Positions 19,201 to 29,181 of a stretch of 64,000 bases of DNA are shown here, one piece after another. A model generated the notes under the pieces. The model ran no database searches. It saw only the letters and a list, made by a program, of their open reading frames with translations, and had not been told where the DNA came from. A program made the translations under genes and the position numbers. The first letter of the stretch is position 1. Each line of letters opens with the position of its first letter. The DNA is taken from IMG/VR virus record IMGVR_UViG_3300003322_000571, positions 248,001 to 312,000 of that record, one strand, 5' to 3'.

Positions 19201-22200
19201 CGGTACGATCAAAGAACATAACGACAGTTTCGATACATTGATCTCAGCTGTCAATGTAACAAATGTCTCCCCGATTGGTGTCATTGAATTTGCCGCTCGT
19301 GAATACGCAAACAGCTTGTTGACTCTGCGTGACAGCTTTAACAAGTTGCTCCCTTCGATGTTGACAACAGTAACGAGTAGTTCGTTGATCGACTTGACCA
19401 GCTACGTCGCTGACGCTCTGATTGACAATTATGAAAATAATGATTATACAGCACAGTTGTATGGTGATACATCTGCGTATGATCCTGTAACCAAGAAGGG
19501 CGTACGTAACTGGATCGCTACAGCTCCGATGTTTGGTTTGACACCACTGTACCGTCCACATCTGAATGTTGATGGTAACTTTGTTGAAGTGTTTAACCAT
19601 GACGGACACCGTACGAACATTTCTTTCAGCGCAGCAGAACAAGATCGTGTTGCACGTCTCGTAATCAACGCAACAGATAACCGTACGTTGAACGGCAAGT
19701 TTGGTAAGACGGGCTCGGGTTCGTTTGTCACGACAGTTCCAGCATTCCTTACAACATACGGTTCCTTCCGTACGAACGTGTACTGGTACAAGGTAGTATC
19801 TGGTACGCGTACGTTGTACCGTTTCCAGCCATACGCAATCATCGACAACGATCCTTCGTTCTACGACGCTGATGGCAACGAACTACCTGACGGTATCAAG
19901 TACTACAATACAGTCGTTAAGGCAGTGTTTGAAAAGACTGGTCTTGCGTGGAATCAGATTACTGTAACAGGTGCAGAAGACATCGCTCCTTTGTGGGAAG
20001 TTGTCGATCTTCAGCTGCTGCTTGGTAATTTGTACCTTGAAATCGATCAGCGTTTGTTTGAAGTCACGCCTATCATGCGTGAAGTATTCGACTATGGTTC
20101 CTTGGTTGTTGACAGCCAAGACCAGCTGTTGTATGAATCCCTCAACGCTCAAAGGTTTGCTGCATACGTAACGGAAAATGATATCCGTACACCGTTTGTT
20201 AACGATACGTACAACGCTTCAAACCCGTTCTCGTGGAATTACAAGCGTTCGATCTCATTGCTTCCACCTGCAGCTTTGTCGGTTGTTCCTGCTGCTTCGT
20301 GGCAAGAGCAGTACAGCCGTTGGTACAACACACCGTACCCACATCTTGAACCTTGGAAGATGCAAGGGTATACAGACAAGCCAACGTGGTGGGACGAAGA
20401 GTATAAGGACACAACTGGCACACGTTTGTGGACAGCCCAAATGTGGACAAACTTGTTTGGACGTATTGTCCCAGCAGGCCGCTTGCTGCCGTCTGGAGTT
20501 GTAAGCGTCGGTTCTCTTGATCCGACGATGACGCTGTACACGTACTTTAGTGTTGATACTACGACAGATCAGTTGTTGCCTCCGTATTTCTCTACATCGA
20601 GCACGACAGATCGTTCGTTGTTTACTGATTACGCCAACGAAATCATTGCTCCTGATGCGGACTACATGTTTGGTGATGTTGGTCCGGATGAATGGAACTG
20701 GACAATTTCGTCGCAACATCCGTACGACAATGCTGTAATTGCATTCCAGATGCAACCAGCTAAGTTCTTGCATGCAGCTTTCGGTCCGAAGTTTGTTGAA
20801 GTTGACAAGCTACAAGTTGAGACAATCTTCAAGCAAGTTTACAGCCACGAAGATGCAATGTTCCATGGCGATATCTACGACACTAACAAGTCGTACTATG
20901 TCCGTGGTTTGAATCAATGGTATGTTAACTACAACCGTTACACAGGATACGACACAAACGGTGAATTCCGTCAGCTGTGGGCGGGTTGGGATCCAAAGAT
21001 GACGCACCAATTTGGTGGAATCATCGACACGAGCTCGTTCGAAATTACGAACAGGAATTTCGAACTGATCAACTCCGACTACCGGATCATTCTTGCGAAC
21101 AGTGGCGTTGTCGGTGATTCGTGGGTTGATGCATTCGAAGTCAGCTTGATCAACATTCCTCCAGCTATCGTTCAGTACAACAACCAAGCTGCATGGAGGC
21201 TTGAAGTTGATAGCCTCGCAGCTGTTCCTCGTACAATTAACTATTACGGCGTTAAGGCTTACCCGTTCAGTGCTAATCCGGCTACGGACGACTTTAAGGC
21301 GTTCAACTACGTAATCGTCGGTGCTGATAGTGCAGCAAAGCGTTTCTATGTTTCTGGTGATCAGACAGATACGTTCAATATTGGCCGTAATTTCACTGTT
21401 TCGTTGTCTTCAACGAACAACGGTGTATACACAGTTACATCTTCTGTTTACGAACCAACTACTGGCCGTACGCGTATTAACGTTCAGCAAACATTGAACA
21501 GTTCGACTGTTGATGGTGAAATCGACATTACGGACATTACTCTGCCGTGGACAACCGGCGATCAGATCGTTCTCGGCAGCACGATGTTCTTGCCTTCGCC
21601 GCTTGTGCCAGATACACCGTACTTCTATATCAAGACGGGTGATCGTACATTCCGTCTTGCGGAAACGATCGGTGATGCTTTTGCTGACAATCATATTGAC
21701 GTGATTTCTCGTGGTAACGGCACACACACTGTCGCTCAACTTGACAGTTCGTTCTTTGTGTTTGGTGGTAACGGCAATTCCGGTGAACGTTGGTATCACT
21801 ACGCTCTCGATAAGAACGTGGTTCGTACGTTCACACCTCCACTCGCTGTTCTTGGAATGCAGTCATTCATCAATTTGATGGACGGATACGCTTCGTACCA
21901 ACAAGACAATCATGACGTGTTGTTCGGTCAATCTGAATTCGGTGAGACGGATCCTGACACAGGTCGCCCTGTTGATTGGGCTGTTGAAACTGAACGCTTC
22001 ATCAACTGGGCTTATGGCCTCCGTCAGAACCGTCAGTTCATTAACGATTCGTACAATGTTAGTGTTGACGACATCACTAACGTATTGACGTTCAGTGACA
22101 TGGTTCCAATGTGGCGTACGGGTACAATGGTCGGTGTTCGTTCGACGGGCACATTGCCTGTTCCGTTGCTTGACGGCGCACCTTACTACGTCGTTACAAC

Positions 22201-25200
22201 AGGAACGGCAAACCAGATTCGTTTGTCAGTTTCACCAAATGGTGCTGATACATCTGCATGGATTGACTTCACGACAGCTGGTAGTGGTAACATCACTATC
22301 GGTTTGTTTGACAAACAACGTGCTTACCCACGTTTTGAGTTGAATGCAAACCGCAACAACATCTACGTCAAGACGCCCGTTGGTGTGATTGCCGATGTGA
22401 TTGAAGGACCGTACTCTGATATTCGTATCCAGCAAACGATCTTTGACCAATACAACCGTCCGTTGACGGCTAACCAAATCGCTACTTACCGTCAAGACGA
22501 GCGTACGCGAATTTCCGTTATGCCTGAGCTGGAAAATGATATCGACATCATTTATGTTGGCGATCCGTATAACTACATCCACATCGGTGGTGCTCACCTG
22601 TTCGTTGAAGGGTATGAGCATTACCTGATTCTCAACGACTACACTGTAGGCGGTGCATTGTTGTACGATCAGTTCTACGGCTTGTGGACGAAGAAGTTCG
22701 ATGTTGACTACTTTGAGAAAGAGGATTACACACTGCGTCCAACGCTCGGAGGTTACTACCTCGTCGATGGTCAGTTCCAGCGTAACATTGAAGGTTCCGT
22801 CGTTGACATGTCGGAATACTACGATACAAACGAACTGTCAGAGACTACAGAGATTGCTCGTTACGCTCGCAACTTGCTCGGTTACAAGGGCAAGGAACAA
22901 TATTTGAATCAACTTGGAGTCAACGCTAAGTCACAATTCTTGTTCTACAAGGGAATGATCCAGACAAAGGGTTCGATCAACTCAGTCACAGCTTACACAA
23001 ATAGCCGCCGTTTCCTTGATGCAAAGATCGACGAATTCTGGGCTTGGAAGCTCGCTGATTTCGGTGATCGCCGTGTTAAGACGTATCCTGAAGTGAAACT
23101 GTTTGCGTCAGATGGCGCGTTCGATGACGTTCGTCTTGAATTCTTGTCGTCGAGCGATCAGAAGACAGATCCAGAGTTTGTTGAAGACGTTAACAAGGGA
23201 TTCCAGCTCGTGTCGTTTGCAGACGATTCCCGTTGGAACAATTTCCCTGAGCAACGTGCAGAAATCCGTTCACCGTTGTTCCTGGATTCTCAAGTTTCGT
23301 CAACGACAGCAATTTACTCAGGCATTGCTCCACCACCGGCTGGCGCAGAGGATTCAATCGACTACTGGGTTGATACAACGAATCCTGCAGCACCGGTTGC
23401 TAAGGCGTTTAATGGCAATCAATGGGTTGCTACAAACGAACTGCGTATCGCGTTGTTTACGGTTGGTTCTACGTCTCAGTTGTATGTCGAGCATGGTACT
23501 TTTAGCGATACTGTTCGTGTATTGCGTCGAACGCTTGCAGTCAATGAGTTTGATGCAGATGTCGTCACAGGACCACAGCGTCTTCGTATCGCTGGCGATG
23601 TGTCTGGTAATTTCTCTTCTGGTATTGCCTTCACGTTCGTTCCTTTGAACGAGCAAGTTGTTGTATTAACAACTGCTTCTGTCAATTTCGACGGAACGAA
23701 TACGTACGTCACTACTGTTGAGCCATTCACATTCAGCGCAACGTCTGGTGTTGCTAACGTTCGTAGCTTCTCTGATTACACAACAGAAGTTATTAACGCT
23801 GGTTCTGGTGTTGACGAATTCACAAAGGTTAACTCCGAAAGCGTACGCTTTAACTTGGCTGGTTTCCGTGATTTGATGGTGATCTTCACTATCAATCCGT
23901 CGAAAGCCAAGAACAATCCAGCAAAACTGGTTGACTTGAAAGCAGGCGCCGTCGTCCAGCAAATGCCATTGTGGCACCCAGCGCTTGGTTATCATTCGCC
24001 AACTGCAATTCACAATGTGACGTTGCAGCATGGTGGTGATCCAGCACGTTATCAGTTTACGCCTAACCCGCTTGCTGACAACAACTCTGGTAATTTCTGG
24101 AATCAGAACGAAATTGGTACAGTGTGGCTTGATACATCGTATCTCGGCTACGTACCGTATTACGACGATGTGATTTACAGTGATGTGAATCAGCGCTTGT
24201 ATTCATGGGGTCGTTTGGCTCCGTGGGGTGACATTCGTGTTTATCAGTGGGTTGAGTCAACTGTTCCACCAGAGCAGTGGGATCAGGCTGTGATCGAACA
24301 GACGAACGATCCAACGATTGCTCAGAACGACAAAGCAACTGGTACGCCATACATGATTACAAGCAAGCGTACACGTACGTCTTACAATGCTTCTGTGATT
24401 AACAACACGACGATCCAAGGTCCTGCAGGTGTATTTGCTACAGGAGATGTTGTATTGTTCACATCTACAGGCTCATTGCCAAGTGGACTGGTTACCGGAA
24501 CGAAGTATGCGATCGATACATTGACGGTTGGTGGTGCAATTACTCTGATTGACATTGCTACTGAAGAACCTATTGAAGTTGGTTCAGGTGCAACGGGTCA
24601 GTTGAGTATTGTCCCAGCGTTTGAGGCTAACGATTGGGTTGAAAGCGTATTGACGCGTGATCGTATGACAGCTCCTGTAGCTGTTCAACAAGCTCGTCAA
24701 TTCGCTGGCACGACAGGTGCAATCAACTGGCCAGTTACTTTGCCGCAGAGTAGATTCGTTTGGACGCCAAGTGACTACACGTTGTGGGATCCGCAGGTTG
24801 GTTCGACATTCAACGCAGCACCTGACGTTGTTGATGTCTATGTTAACGGTGTTCTCACCGTGACAGGACGTGTTGTCAACGTTGCGACAACGCCTTCGTC
24901 GACGTCTCAGTTCTATGTTGCAACAGACGCGCCACTCGTGTTGAACGAATACGACATTATTGATGTTGTACGTCCTGTTCACACGTTGACGGAAGAGGAA
25001 GCTGCATTTGATCCAGACTCGTCAGACGATGGTTCGTTGATGGTTCAGTGGAAGCGCGACTATCAGTACTCTGTTCGTACAGCTACGACTGGTAGTGAAA
25101 CTGCCGGCTACGTAACGACAACGTACTATTACTTCTGGGTACAGCATTTGACGTCCCGTAAGACGAACGTCAACGCTAGCTTGTCAACGCTTGAAATCGA

Positions 25201-25993
25201 ACAGCAACTGGAAACAATTCCAACGTCATACTTTGTTGTACAAAAACCAAAGGATGATCCGTATCTTCTTGAAAAGTATGGATATGGCATTATTCCTTAC
25301 GGTTCTGTATGGAGTCTTGGTGTGTTGACAGAAGCTGCTTATGAGATCCCAGTTCAATATCGTCAAGCTATTATTCGTAAAGTTGCTAGCTACTTGACGG
25401 ACGACAACAGGTTTATCGCTCGATTCACACGTGATTGGACTTTGCGTGATAGCTTGACCGCTAATGGCAAGCAATTTAACTTGAAGGACAAGCATTCTCA
25501 GTGGTTGATGTTCCGTCGTGAACAACCTGGTCGTGTTCCAGCTGAACTGTGGGAGCGTTTGACGGAGTCGGTCGTCGGATACAAGGTAACGAACGGTACT
25601 CAAGTTCGTGTCCCTGCAATCGATCGTGAATTGTACGATGCTCAGTACGGTACCGATACACGTTTCGGTCTCGGTGAAGACCAAGCGTTTGTTGATCGTA
25701 CGTATGCTCTCGATTCGATTGTGTCGTATTTGGAAGATCCTTCTAAGGACTTCTGGCCGCTCAATATCGACTCGTTCTTCGAAGATAACAACTTCGATAC
25801 GCCGGAAGGTATTCGTGCAGCGATGGACGAGATTTACGCGACGTTCCCGTACGAACACGTTAACGGAATCTGGTTTGAGACACTGTCAGACGCGTTCGCT
25901 ACGAAGGCTAAATACAAGGAACTGATGAAGACTTCTTGGATTGCCTTGCATGGCGTACGAATCCTTGATGTTAATGGATTGTTTGACGACTAA
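16274..25993 (+). CDS. Giant (3239 aa) baseplate wedge / virion structural protein, gp7-like by position
   Basis: Single uninterrupted 9.7 kb ORF after gp6 with a TATAAATA promoter (16237-16244); beta-rich, aromatic-rich, with internal repeated modules. Confidence 0.65.
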   Translation: MANFSDNKKPALTVSNLLPEVNRSDVNGSVFSTAFDRLLTKDDSARVAGYIGQGNPNAVINRQIKEATPHRQAYQLAPTMVTTVGTETSALSFEAFNSQLELMGVDIDRYKKWGSTLQFNWVPPVNIDMLVNYSDYYWVPATRGDGQQYLTIESPCTKAQSAKQTFMAVVEARGSEFPLKSINYVENQFVIESQMADIFKTGFVFQTTNTSAVSLNNKDWTVDTSSYDFQTNLTTITVIEPISIVQNIAPVASFVGQWWYNTTDNQLYQWTGAAWVIVSKVQVADLSLAATIALFQKAANCACYGSEGWDTGPWDIDEWDSTSTCDIPLPSPWADQNRWVHKSQVQSSATAKRATLPILEYGSFVELNTWVQRDRQWKYRSSTLKTFAATDAAPTRFELEPIKGYAVANVNGQWNIYLFSKSQTVNRDIDHTATFVPGYKFAIKDDTGSAAIYTVLRSEYRELNGTDQAFINAVVGTGWMCTVVILEESTFSSAVQSGGINNIRIEPLKTSQGDTWNGYHAHWLLDVEATTTVATANHAPTVYGERDIEDPAVYSIPPVGFSPQVSVIAIGNTYQEFTANFAGITHIDLADKFKYDPANPTVYATPGSDELRLYINGQRQYLNYTEVVATGSPNYTVVGNAVQTSQTISYVTGIDLSVALNLNDVVRIEVGPAAYEDMGWYAVPVRTVEDEAAFIVATAAGTQPAYVSLTQYGLQEQQKVAINQYPQFNMYDVVTGEVVGASPLFAFQEGSDYPITPAIQRRIVKDATGKEFGFEQFLVDRSNNIMYAYRNTSVQLPYWFNTTDQKVYQWNNRAWTDQFLMELPSGAIVARTAVAAAIDPVELHDVDRALWYDTTNEKLFYRNVATTAWVEITGVTSASADPTLMTVWRHGKTDQQAVPQYVDKNRNPITVGSPDGSWGVVDQWMYNSEHKNYKDITYSQLVTHFSSIINAQPAVPGLPGNGAFTLLQSNYDYGLGGTIKEHNDSFDTLISAVNVTNVSPIGVIEFAAREYANSLLTLRDSFNKLLPSMLTTVTSSSLIDLTSYVADALIDNYENNDYTAQLYGDTSAYDPVTKKGVRNWIATAPMFGLTPLYRPHLNVDGNFVEVFNHDGHRTNISFSAAEQDRVARLVINATDNRTLNGKFGKTGSGSFVTTVPAFLTTYGSFRTNVYWYKVVSGTRTLYRFQPYAIIDNDPSFYDADGNELPDGIKYYNTVVKAVFEKTGLAWNQITVTGAEDIAPLWEVVDLQLLLGNLYLEIDQRLFEVTPIMREVFDYGSLVVDSQDQLLYESLNAQRFAAYVTENDIRTPFVNDTYNASNPFSWNYKRSISLLPPAALSVVPAASWQEQYSRWYNTPYPHLEPWKMQGYTDKPTWWDEEYKDTTGTRLWTAQMWTNLFGRIVPAGRLLPSGVVSVGSLDPTMTLYTYFSVDTTTDQLLPPYFSTSSTTDRSLFTDYANEIIAPDADYMFGDVGPDEWNWTISSQHPYDNAVIAFQMQPAKFLHAAFGPKFVEVDKLQVETIFKQVYSHEDAMFHGDIYDTNKSYYVRGLNQWYVNYNRYTGYDTNGEFRQLWAGWDPKMTHQFGGIIDTSSFEITNRNFELINSDYRIILANSGVVGDSWVDAFEVSLINIPPAIVQYNNQAAWRLEVDSLAAVPRTINYYGVKAYPFSANPATDDFKAFNYVIVGADSAAKRFYVSGDQTDTFNIGRNFTVSLSSTNNGVYTVTSSVYEPTTGRTRINVQQTLNSSTVDGEIDITDITLPWTTGDQIVLGSTMFLPSPLVPDTPYFYIKTGDRTFRLAETIGDAFADNHIDVISRGNGTHTVAQLDSSFFVFGGNGNSGERWYHYALDKNVVRTFTPPLAVLGMQSFINLMDGYASYQQDNHDVLFGQSEFGETDPDTGRPVDWAVETERFINWAYGLRQNRQFINDSYNVSVDDITNVLTFSDMVPMWRTGTMVGVRSTGTLPVPLLDGAPYYVVTTGTANQIRLSVSPNGADTSAWIDFTTAGSGNITIGLFDKQRAYPRFELNANRNNIYVKTPVGVIADVIEGPYSDIRIQQTIFDQYNRPLTANQIATYRQDERTRISVMPELENDIDIIYVGDPYNYIHIGGAHLFVEGYEHYLILNDYTVGGALLYDQFYGLWTKKFDVDYFEKEDYTLRPTLGGYYLVDGQFQRNIEGSVVDMSEYYDTNELSETTEIARYARNLLGYKGKEQYLNQLGVNAKSQFLFYKGMIQTKGSINSVTAYTNSRRFLDAKIDEFWAWKLADFGDRRVKTYPEVKLFASDGAFDDVRLEFLSSSDQKTDPEFVEDVNKGFQLVSFADDSRWNNFPEQRAEIRSPLFLDSQVSSTTAIYSGIAPPPAGAEDSIDYWVDTTNPAAPVAKAFNGNQWVATNELRIALFTVGSTSQLYVEHGTFSDTVRVLRRTLAVNEFDADVVTGPQRLRIAGDVSGNFSSGIAFTFVPLNEQVVVLTTASVNFDGTNTYVTTVEPFTFSATSGVANVRSFSDYTTEVINAGSGVDEFTKVNSESVRFNLAGFRDLMVIFTINPSKAKNNPAKLVDLKAGAVVQQMPLWHPALGYHSPTAIHNVTLQHGGDPARYQFTPNPLADNNSGNFWNQNEIGTVWLDTSYLGYVPYYDDVIYSDVNQRLYSWGRLAPWGDIRVYQWVESTVPPEQWDQAVIEQTNDPTIAQNDKATGTPYMITSKRTRTSYNASVINNTTIQGPAGVFATGDVVLFTSTGSLPSGLVTGTKYAIDTLTVGGAITLIDIATEEPIEVGSGATGQLSIVPAFEANDWVESVLTRDRMTAPVAVQQARQFAGTTGAINWPVTLPQSRFVWTPSDYTLWDPQVGSTFNAAPDVVDVYVNGVLTVTGRVVNVATTPSSTSQFYVATDAPLVLNEYDIIDVVRPVHTLTEEEAAFDPDSSDDGSLMVQWKRDYQYSVRTATTGSETAGYVTTTYYYFWVQHLTSRKTNVNASLSTLEIEQQLETIPTSYFVVQKPKDDPYLLEKYGYGIIPYGSVWSLGVLTEAAYEIPVQYRQAIIRKVASYLTDDNRFIARFTRDWTLRDSLTANGKQFNLKDKHSQWLMFRREQPGRVPAELWERLTESVVGYKVTNGTQVRVPAIDRELYDAQYGTDTRFGLGEDQAFVDRTYALDSIVSYLEDPSKDFWPLNIDSFFEDNNFDTPEGIRAAMDEIYATFPYEHVNGIWFETLSDAFATKAKYKELMKTSWIALHGVRILDVNGLFDD

Positions 25994-25994
25994 A

Positions 25995-27146
25995 ATGGCA
26001 ATTACTCAACCAACGACACAAATCGATGCAACTAGTGGTTTGATCGCTTATGTACAGGCGATCAAACCATATCATTCCAAGATTCTTGATGTCTTGGTTG
26101 AGTATGTTGTTCAAGATGATGTAAACGTAACCGTCCTCGAAGACGTCGATCTTCAAATTGAACTGCGCAATGTTGAAGGCGACGTCATTTACACATGCGG
26201 CTACGGGTTTGTGTGGAATCCTTACAGCGGAACAGCTGTAGGTGATTTGCCGTCTGCATCGATTGTAAGTATTGCCGGTGATCCCGTCAATCAATTTGTC
26301 GTTTCAATGCCGGCTCAACCGCAACGCAGTGTTGTCGTTAGTAGTGTTAAAGCGAACCAGTTGACGTTTGTAACCCCATACAACATCGTTACTACATCAC
26401 CAACAAGCCAGCAATGGGTAGTATCCGGGAATGTGACATCTTTGGCGCCGAACGGGTCTGTTTTCTACATTAGCTCAAATAGTACTGCAGCTAACGGCAA
26501 GTACACTGTTGCAAGTTCTTCGTACAATTCCGGTACAAATCGCACTACAGTTACGACCGTTGAACCAATTTCTCTGCTCGCCGTCAACTCAGGCAAGTTC
26601 AACATTCCCCTTGAACCAGATGATGTCCCGTACATCCCACCTGGTGCGGCGATCAAGTTTAGTACAACAGGTCAAATGCCTGCACCGTTAGACAATACAA
26701 CGACATACTACTATTCACCGTCAAAGAAGTACGGCGTGTTTAATCTGTCTAAAGTTCGTTATCCAGAAGACTATACGGATTTGGTTGACGTTACGGATAA
26801 TGGTGTCGGTGAGTTGACAATGCAGCGTTCTGAGCCGTTCGTACCCGGTGAATATTTGACGGTTACTGGTACAGCAGACAATAACGGTCAGTATGCTGTT
26901 AAGGAGATTGAACAGTCTGGTTCAAACTTCATTATCACTGTATACCAGCGAGTACCAATGGATCAGGCGTCAGCTGGTGGTACGATCCAGTATCAGGGCT
27001 CTTACGGCGATCCGTACTGTGCTGTTGCTCATTCTCCACCGCTGCATAGCGAAACGTACATTTACGAACGACTTCAGTTTGATTTTGGTCCTCTTCCAAG
27101 CAATCCAACTATCGATCCACCGCAGTACGACGTCGACTTCATTTAA
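25995..27146 (+). CDS. Virion structural protein (baseplate-associated)
   Basis: Start moved to ATG 25995, just after the upstream stop. N-terminus L..YVQAIKPYHSKILD; shares beta modules with the 3239-aa protein. Confidence 0.6.
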   Translation: MAITQPTTQIDATSGLIAYVQAIKPYHSKILDVLVEYVVQDDVNVTVLEDVDLQIELRNVEGDVIYTCGYGFVWNPYSGTAVGDLPSASIVSIAGDPVNQFVVSMPAQPQRSVVVSSVKANQLTFVTPYNIVTTSPTSQQWVVSGNVTSLAPNGSVFYISSNSTAANGKYTVASSSYNSGTNRTTVTTVEPISLLAVNSGKFNIPLEPDDVPYIPPGAAIKFSTTGQMPAPLDNTTTYYYSPSKKYGVFNLSKVRYPEDYTDLVDVTDNGVGELTMQRSEPFVPGEYLTVTGTADNNGQYAVKEIEQSGSNFIITVYQRVPMDQASAGGTIQYQGSYGDPYCAVAHSPPLHSETYIYERLQFDFGPLPSNPTIDPPQYDVDFI

Positions 27147-27224
27147 CCTTATTGCCGGTATGCCGCTGAATCCCGCAGCGTACCGGTCGATAAATACGCA
27201 AATACATTATAGAAAGGTTGCATT

Positions 27225-27452
27225 ATGCACGAATACAAGACTTCAGACATCGTTCTCGCTTCTTATTTGAAGTTGCAGGGATGCCAGATGCTAGGAATTG
27301 AAAAGCAAGGTCAAAAGGGAACGTTCGTTTTCGATAACGTTCCGTCAGAATATATCAAGACGTATGATCTTGGTAAGGCTCAAGTTGAACCTGTCGCTTT
27401 CAACAACGCGATCAAGCAACTAACCACGTCTGTACGTCGAATCGTCTCGTGA
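27225..27452 (+). CDS. Small conserved phage protein (DUF5659-like)
   Basis: TSDIVLASYLKLQG..MLGIEKQG.KGTFVF pattern; own TAAATA at 27191-27196. Confidence 0.55.
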   Translation: MHEYKTSDIVLASYLKLQGCQMLGIEKQGQKGTFVFDNVPSEYIKTYDLGKAQVEPVAFNNAIKQLTTSVRRIVS

Positions 27453-27480
27453 TAAATATTCGACTACAGGAGAGTCATTA

Positions 27481-28656
27481 ATGATTACACATCTGCCAGT
27501 TTTTGTCGATGGACACGTTCATGCTGCTTATGCAGATAACGGAGAAGTCCTCGTCGACAAGCATAACGCTGTTCACCCGCAGAACATGGCGCGAATCTTC
27601 GCACGTGCGTTGGCTGGGGAGAGCAACAGCTCGATCTACCGCATGGCGTTTGGCGATGGTGGTACAACGATTGACGCTGCTCTTCAGGTTTCGTATAAGA
27701 CGCCTAACGATGGTCAACCACCTGATGTTGCCACATGGGACAGTCGCATTTATCATGAAACGTATTCTGAAATTTGCAACAACGGTATCTTCAGCAATAA
27801 CCCGTTGATTGGTACAGACCCAGGTTCTGCTGACCAAAACACAGGTCAACGTTCCGGTGGCGGTGCTGTTCCTTCTGGGGACACGCAACCTAATAGTGTA
27901 CGTTCGAACGAAGTAGGATTGATTTCGCAAGTGATCATTCAAGTAACGCTGAACGGCGGTGAACCGTTGACGCAAGCTGCAGGAGATGATACACCTACAG
28001 AGCTGAATGATTTCTCGTTTGACGAAATTGGGCTGTATACTAGTGGAGCTCAAGCTCTCCCGACGTCCGGATATCAAAATATCAACGTTGGCACGCGTGT
28101 TTCGACGGATGATTCAGGTCTCGTTCCTGGTACGACATACTCGTTCAACCTAGCGGTTGATGGAGGTATGGTTCAAACGATCACTTTCACGTGTCCTGTC
28201 GCAGGTGGATCTGGTTCGAGTAATGAAATCTTGTATGGTGATTTGTGTGAAGCACTGAATACAGGTGATCCTTCATGGTCAATTACACCTGCTGCACCGA
28301 TTGCTACGTTGTCGATTACTGACACAACGGGTGGTTCGTTCCCTACAATTACAGGCGCACAGACGTATGGATTCTTGAGGTTCGAAAGTCCAACAACAGG
28401 TGCAAGCTCTGCTGTTAGTTTGGCTGGTGCAAACACGAACGCTTGGTTGAATGCTTTGAATCCACCGCTCGGTGGCACACTGGAGACGGCTGTTGCAGGT
28501 ACTGTAGCAGGTGTGCAAAATGATCCTACGGATCCTGATGCAGAGCGTGAGCGTCTGTTGACGCACGTGATCTTCTCACCTGTAACAAAAGCTGCAAACC
28601 GCACGCTCGTTGTTACATACACGTTGTCAATCTCTGTAGCCCGTTCAGAGCATTAA
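27481..28656 (+). CDS. Virion structural protein (tail/baseplate; tail-collar-fibre-like ends)
   Basis: V.VDKHNAVH..NMA, MAFGDGG, FSFDEIGLY and LLTHVIFSPVTKAANRTLVVTYTLSI; TAAATA at 27453-27458. Confidence 0.65.
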   Translation: MITHLPVFVDGHVHAAYADNGEVLVDKHNAVHPQNMARIFARALAGESNSSIYRMAFGDGGTTIDAALQVSYKTPNDGQPPDVATWDSRIYHETYSEICNNGIFSNNPLIGTDPGSADQNTGQRSGGGAVPSGDTQPNSVRSNEVGLISQVIIQVTLNGGEPLTQAAGDDTPTELNDFSFDEIGLYTSGAQALPTSGYQNINVGTRVSTDDSGLVPGTTYSFNLAVDGGMVQTITFTCPVAGGSGSSNEILYGDLCEALNTGDPSWSITPAAPIATLSITDTTGGSFPTITGAQTYGFLRFESPTTGASSAVSLAGANTNAWLNALNPPLGGTLETAVAGTVAGVQNDPTDPDAERERLLTHVIFSPVTKAANRTLVVTYTLSISVARSEH

Positions 28657-28672
28657 ACTGAAACGCTCAAAG

Positions 28673-28703
28673 AAAAAGCCCGTCGACGACGGGCTTTTGT
28701 TTT
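28673..28703. terminator. Bidirectional intrinsic terminator
   Basis: AAAAAGCCCGTC-GAC-GACGGGCTTTTGTTTT between convergent genes. Confidence 0.85.
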
Positions 28704-28715
28704 ATCTAAGTCAGA

Positions 28716-29090
28716 TTATTGAGCGTTTGTGTTGACAGTACCTGTTACACCACCCATTTGACCTTGACGTGGGTCCATGATGCGGCCGTTAGGAGTCAAT
28801 TGACGAACGAGCTGGTTGAAGTACTCAAGTGCATTGACGCCGTTACCGAGCGTCTTGTTCAACATCAAGTCCCACAATTCCATATTACGAGCATTACGAT
28901 CCATCAGGATCTGTGCCAGACGACGCTTATCGATTTCGTCGAGGTCGTTTGTCTTGAAGAACAAAATGTTACCGTACACGTCGCGCTTCATAACTGCGCA
29001 CTCGTGCAGGATACCATCACCGTTCAGTTCAATCCATTCGACGTGTGGATATTGTCCTTGTTGTGACTTGTAAGATGTTTTTACGGCCAT
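28716..29090 (-). CDS. Hypothetical protein
   Basis: 124-aa ORF with RBS (AGGAGA) and late promoter at 29128-29133. Confidence 0.65.
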   Translation of the reverse strand: MAVKTSYKSQQGQYPHVEWIELNGDGILHECAVMKRDVYGNILFFKTNDLDEIDKRRLAQILMDRNARNMELWDLMLNKTLGNGVNALEYFNQLVRQLTPNGRIMDPRQGQMGGVTGTVNTNAQ

Positions 29091-29181
29091 GATGATTCTC
29101 CTTGTGGGTTTGGTTATTCCGTGAAAATATTTAGATTCACAAGAAAACGGGAGACCTATCCGCTAAACATCGGTACCATTA

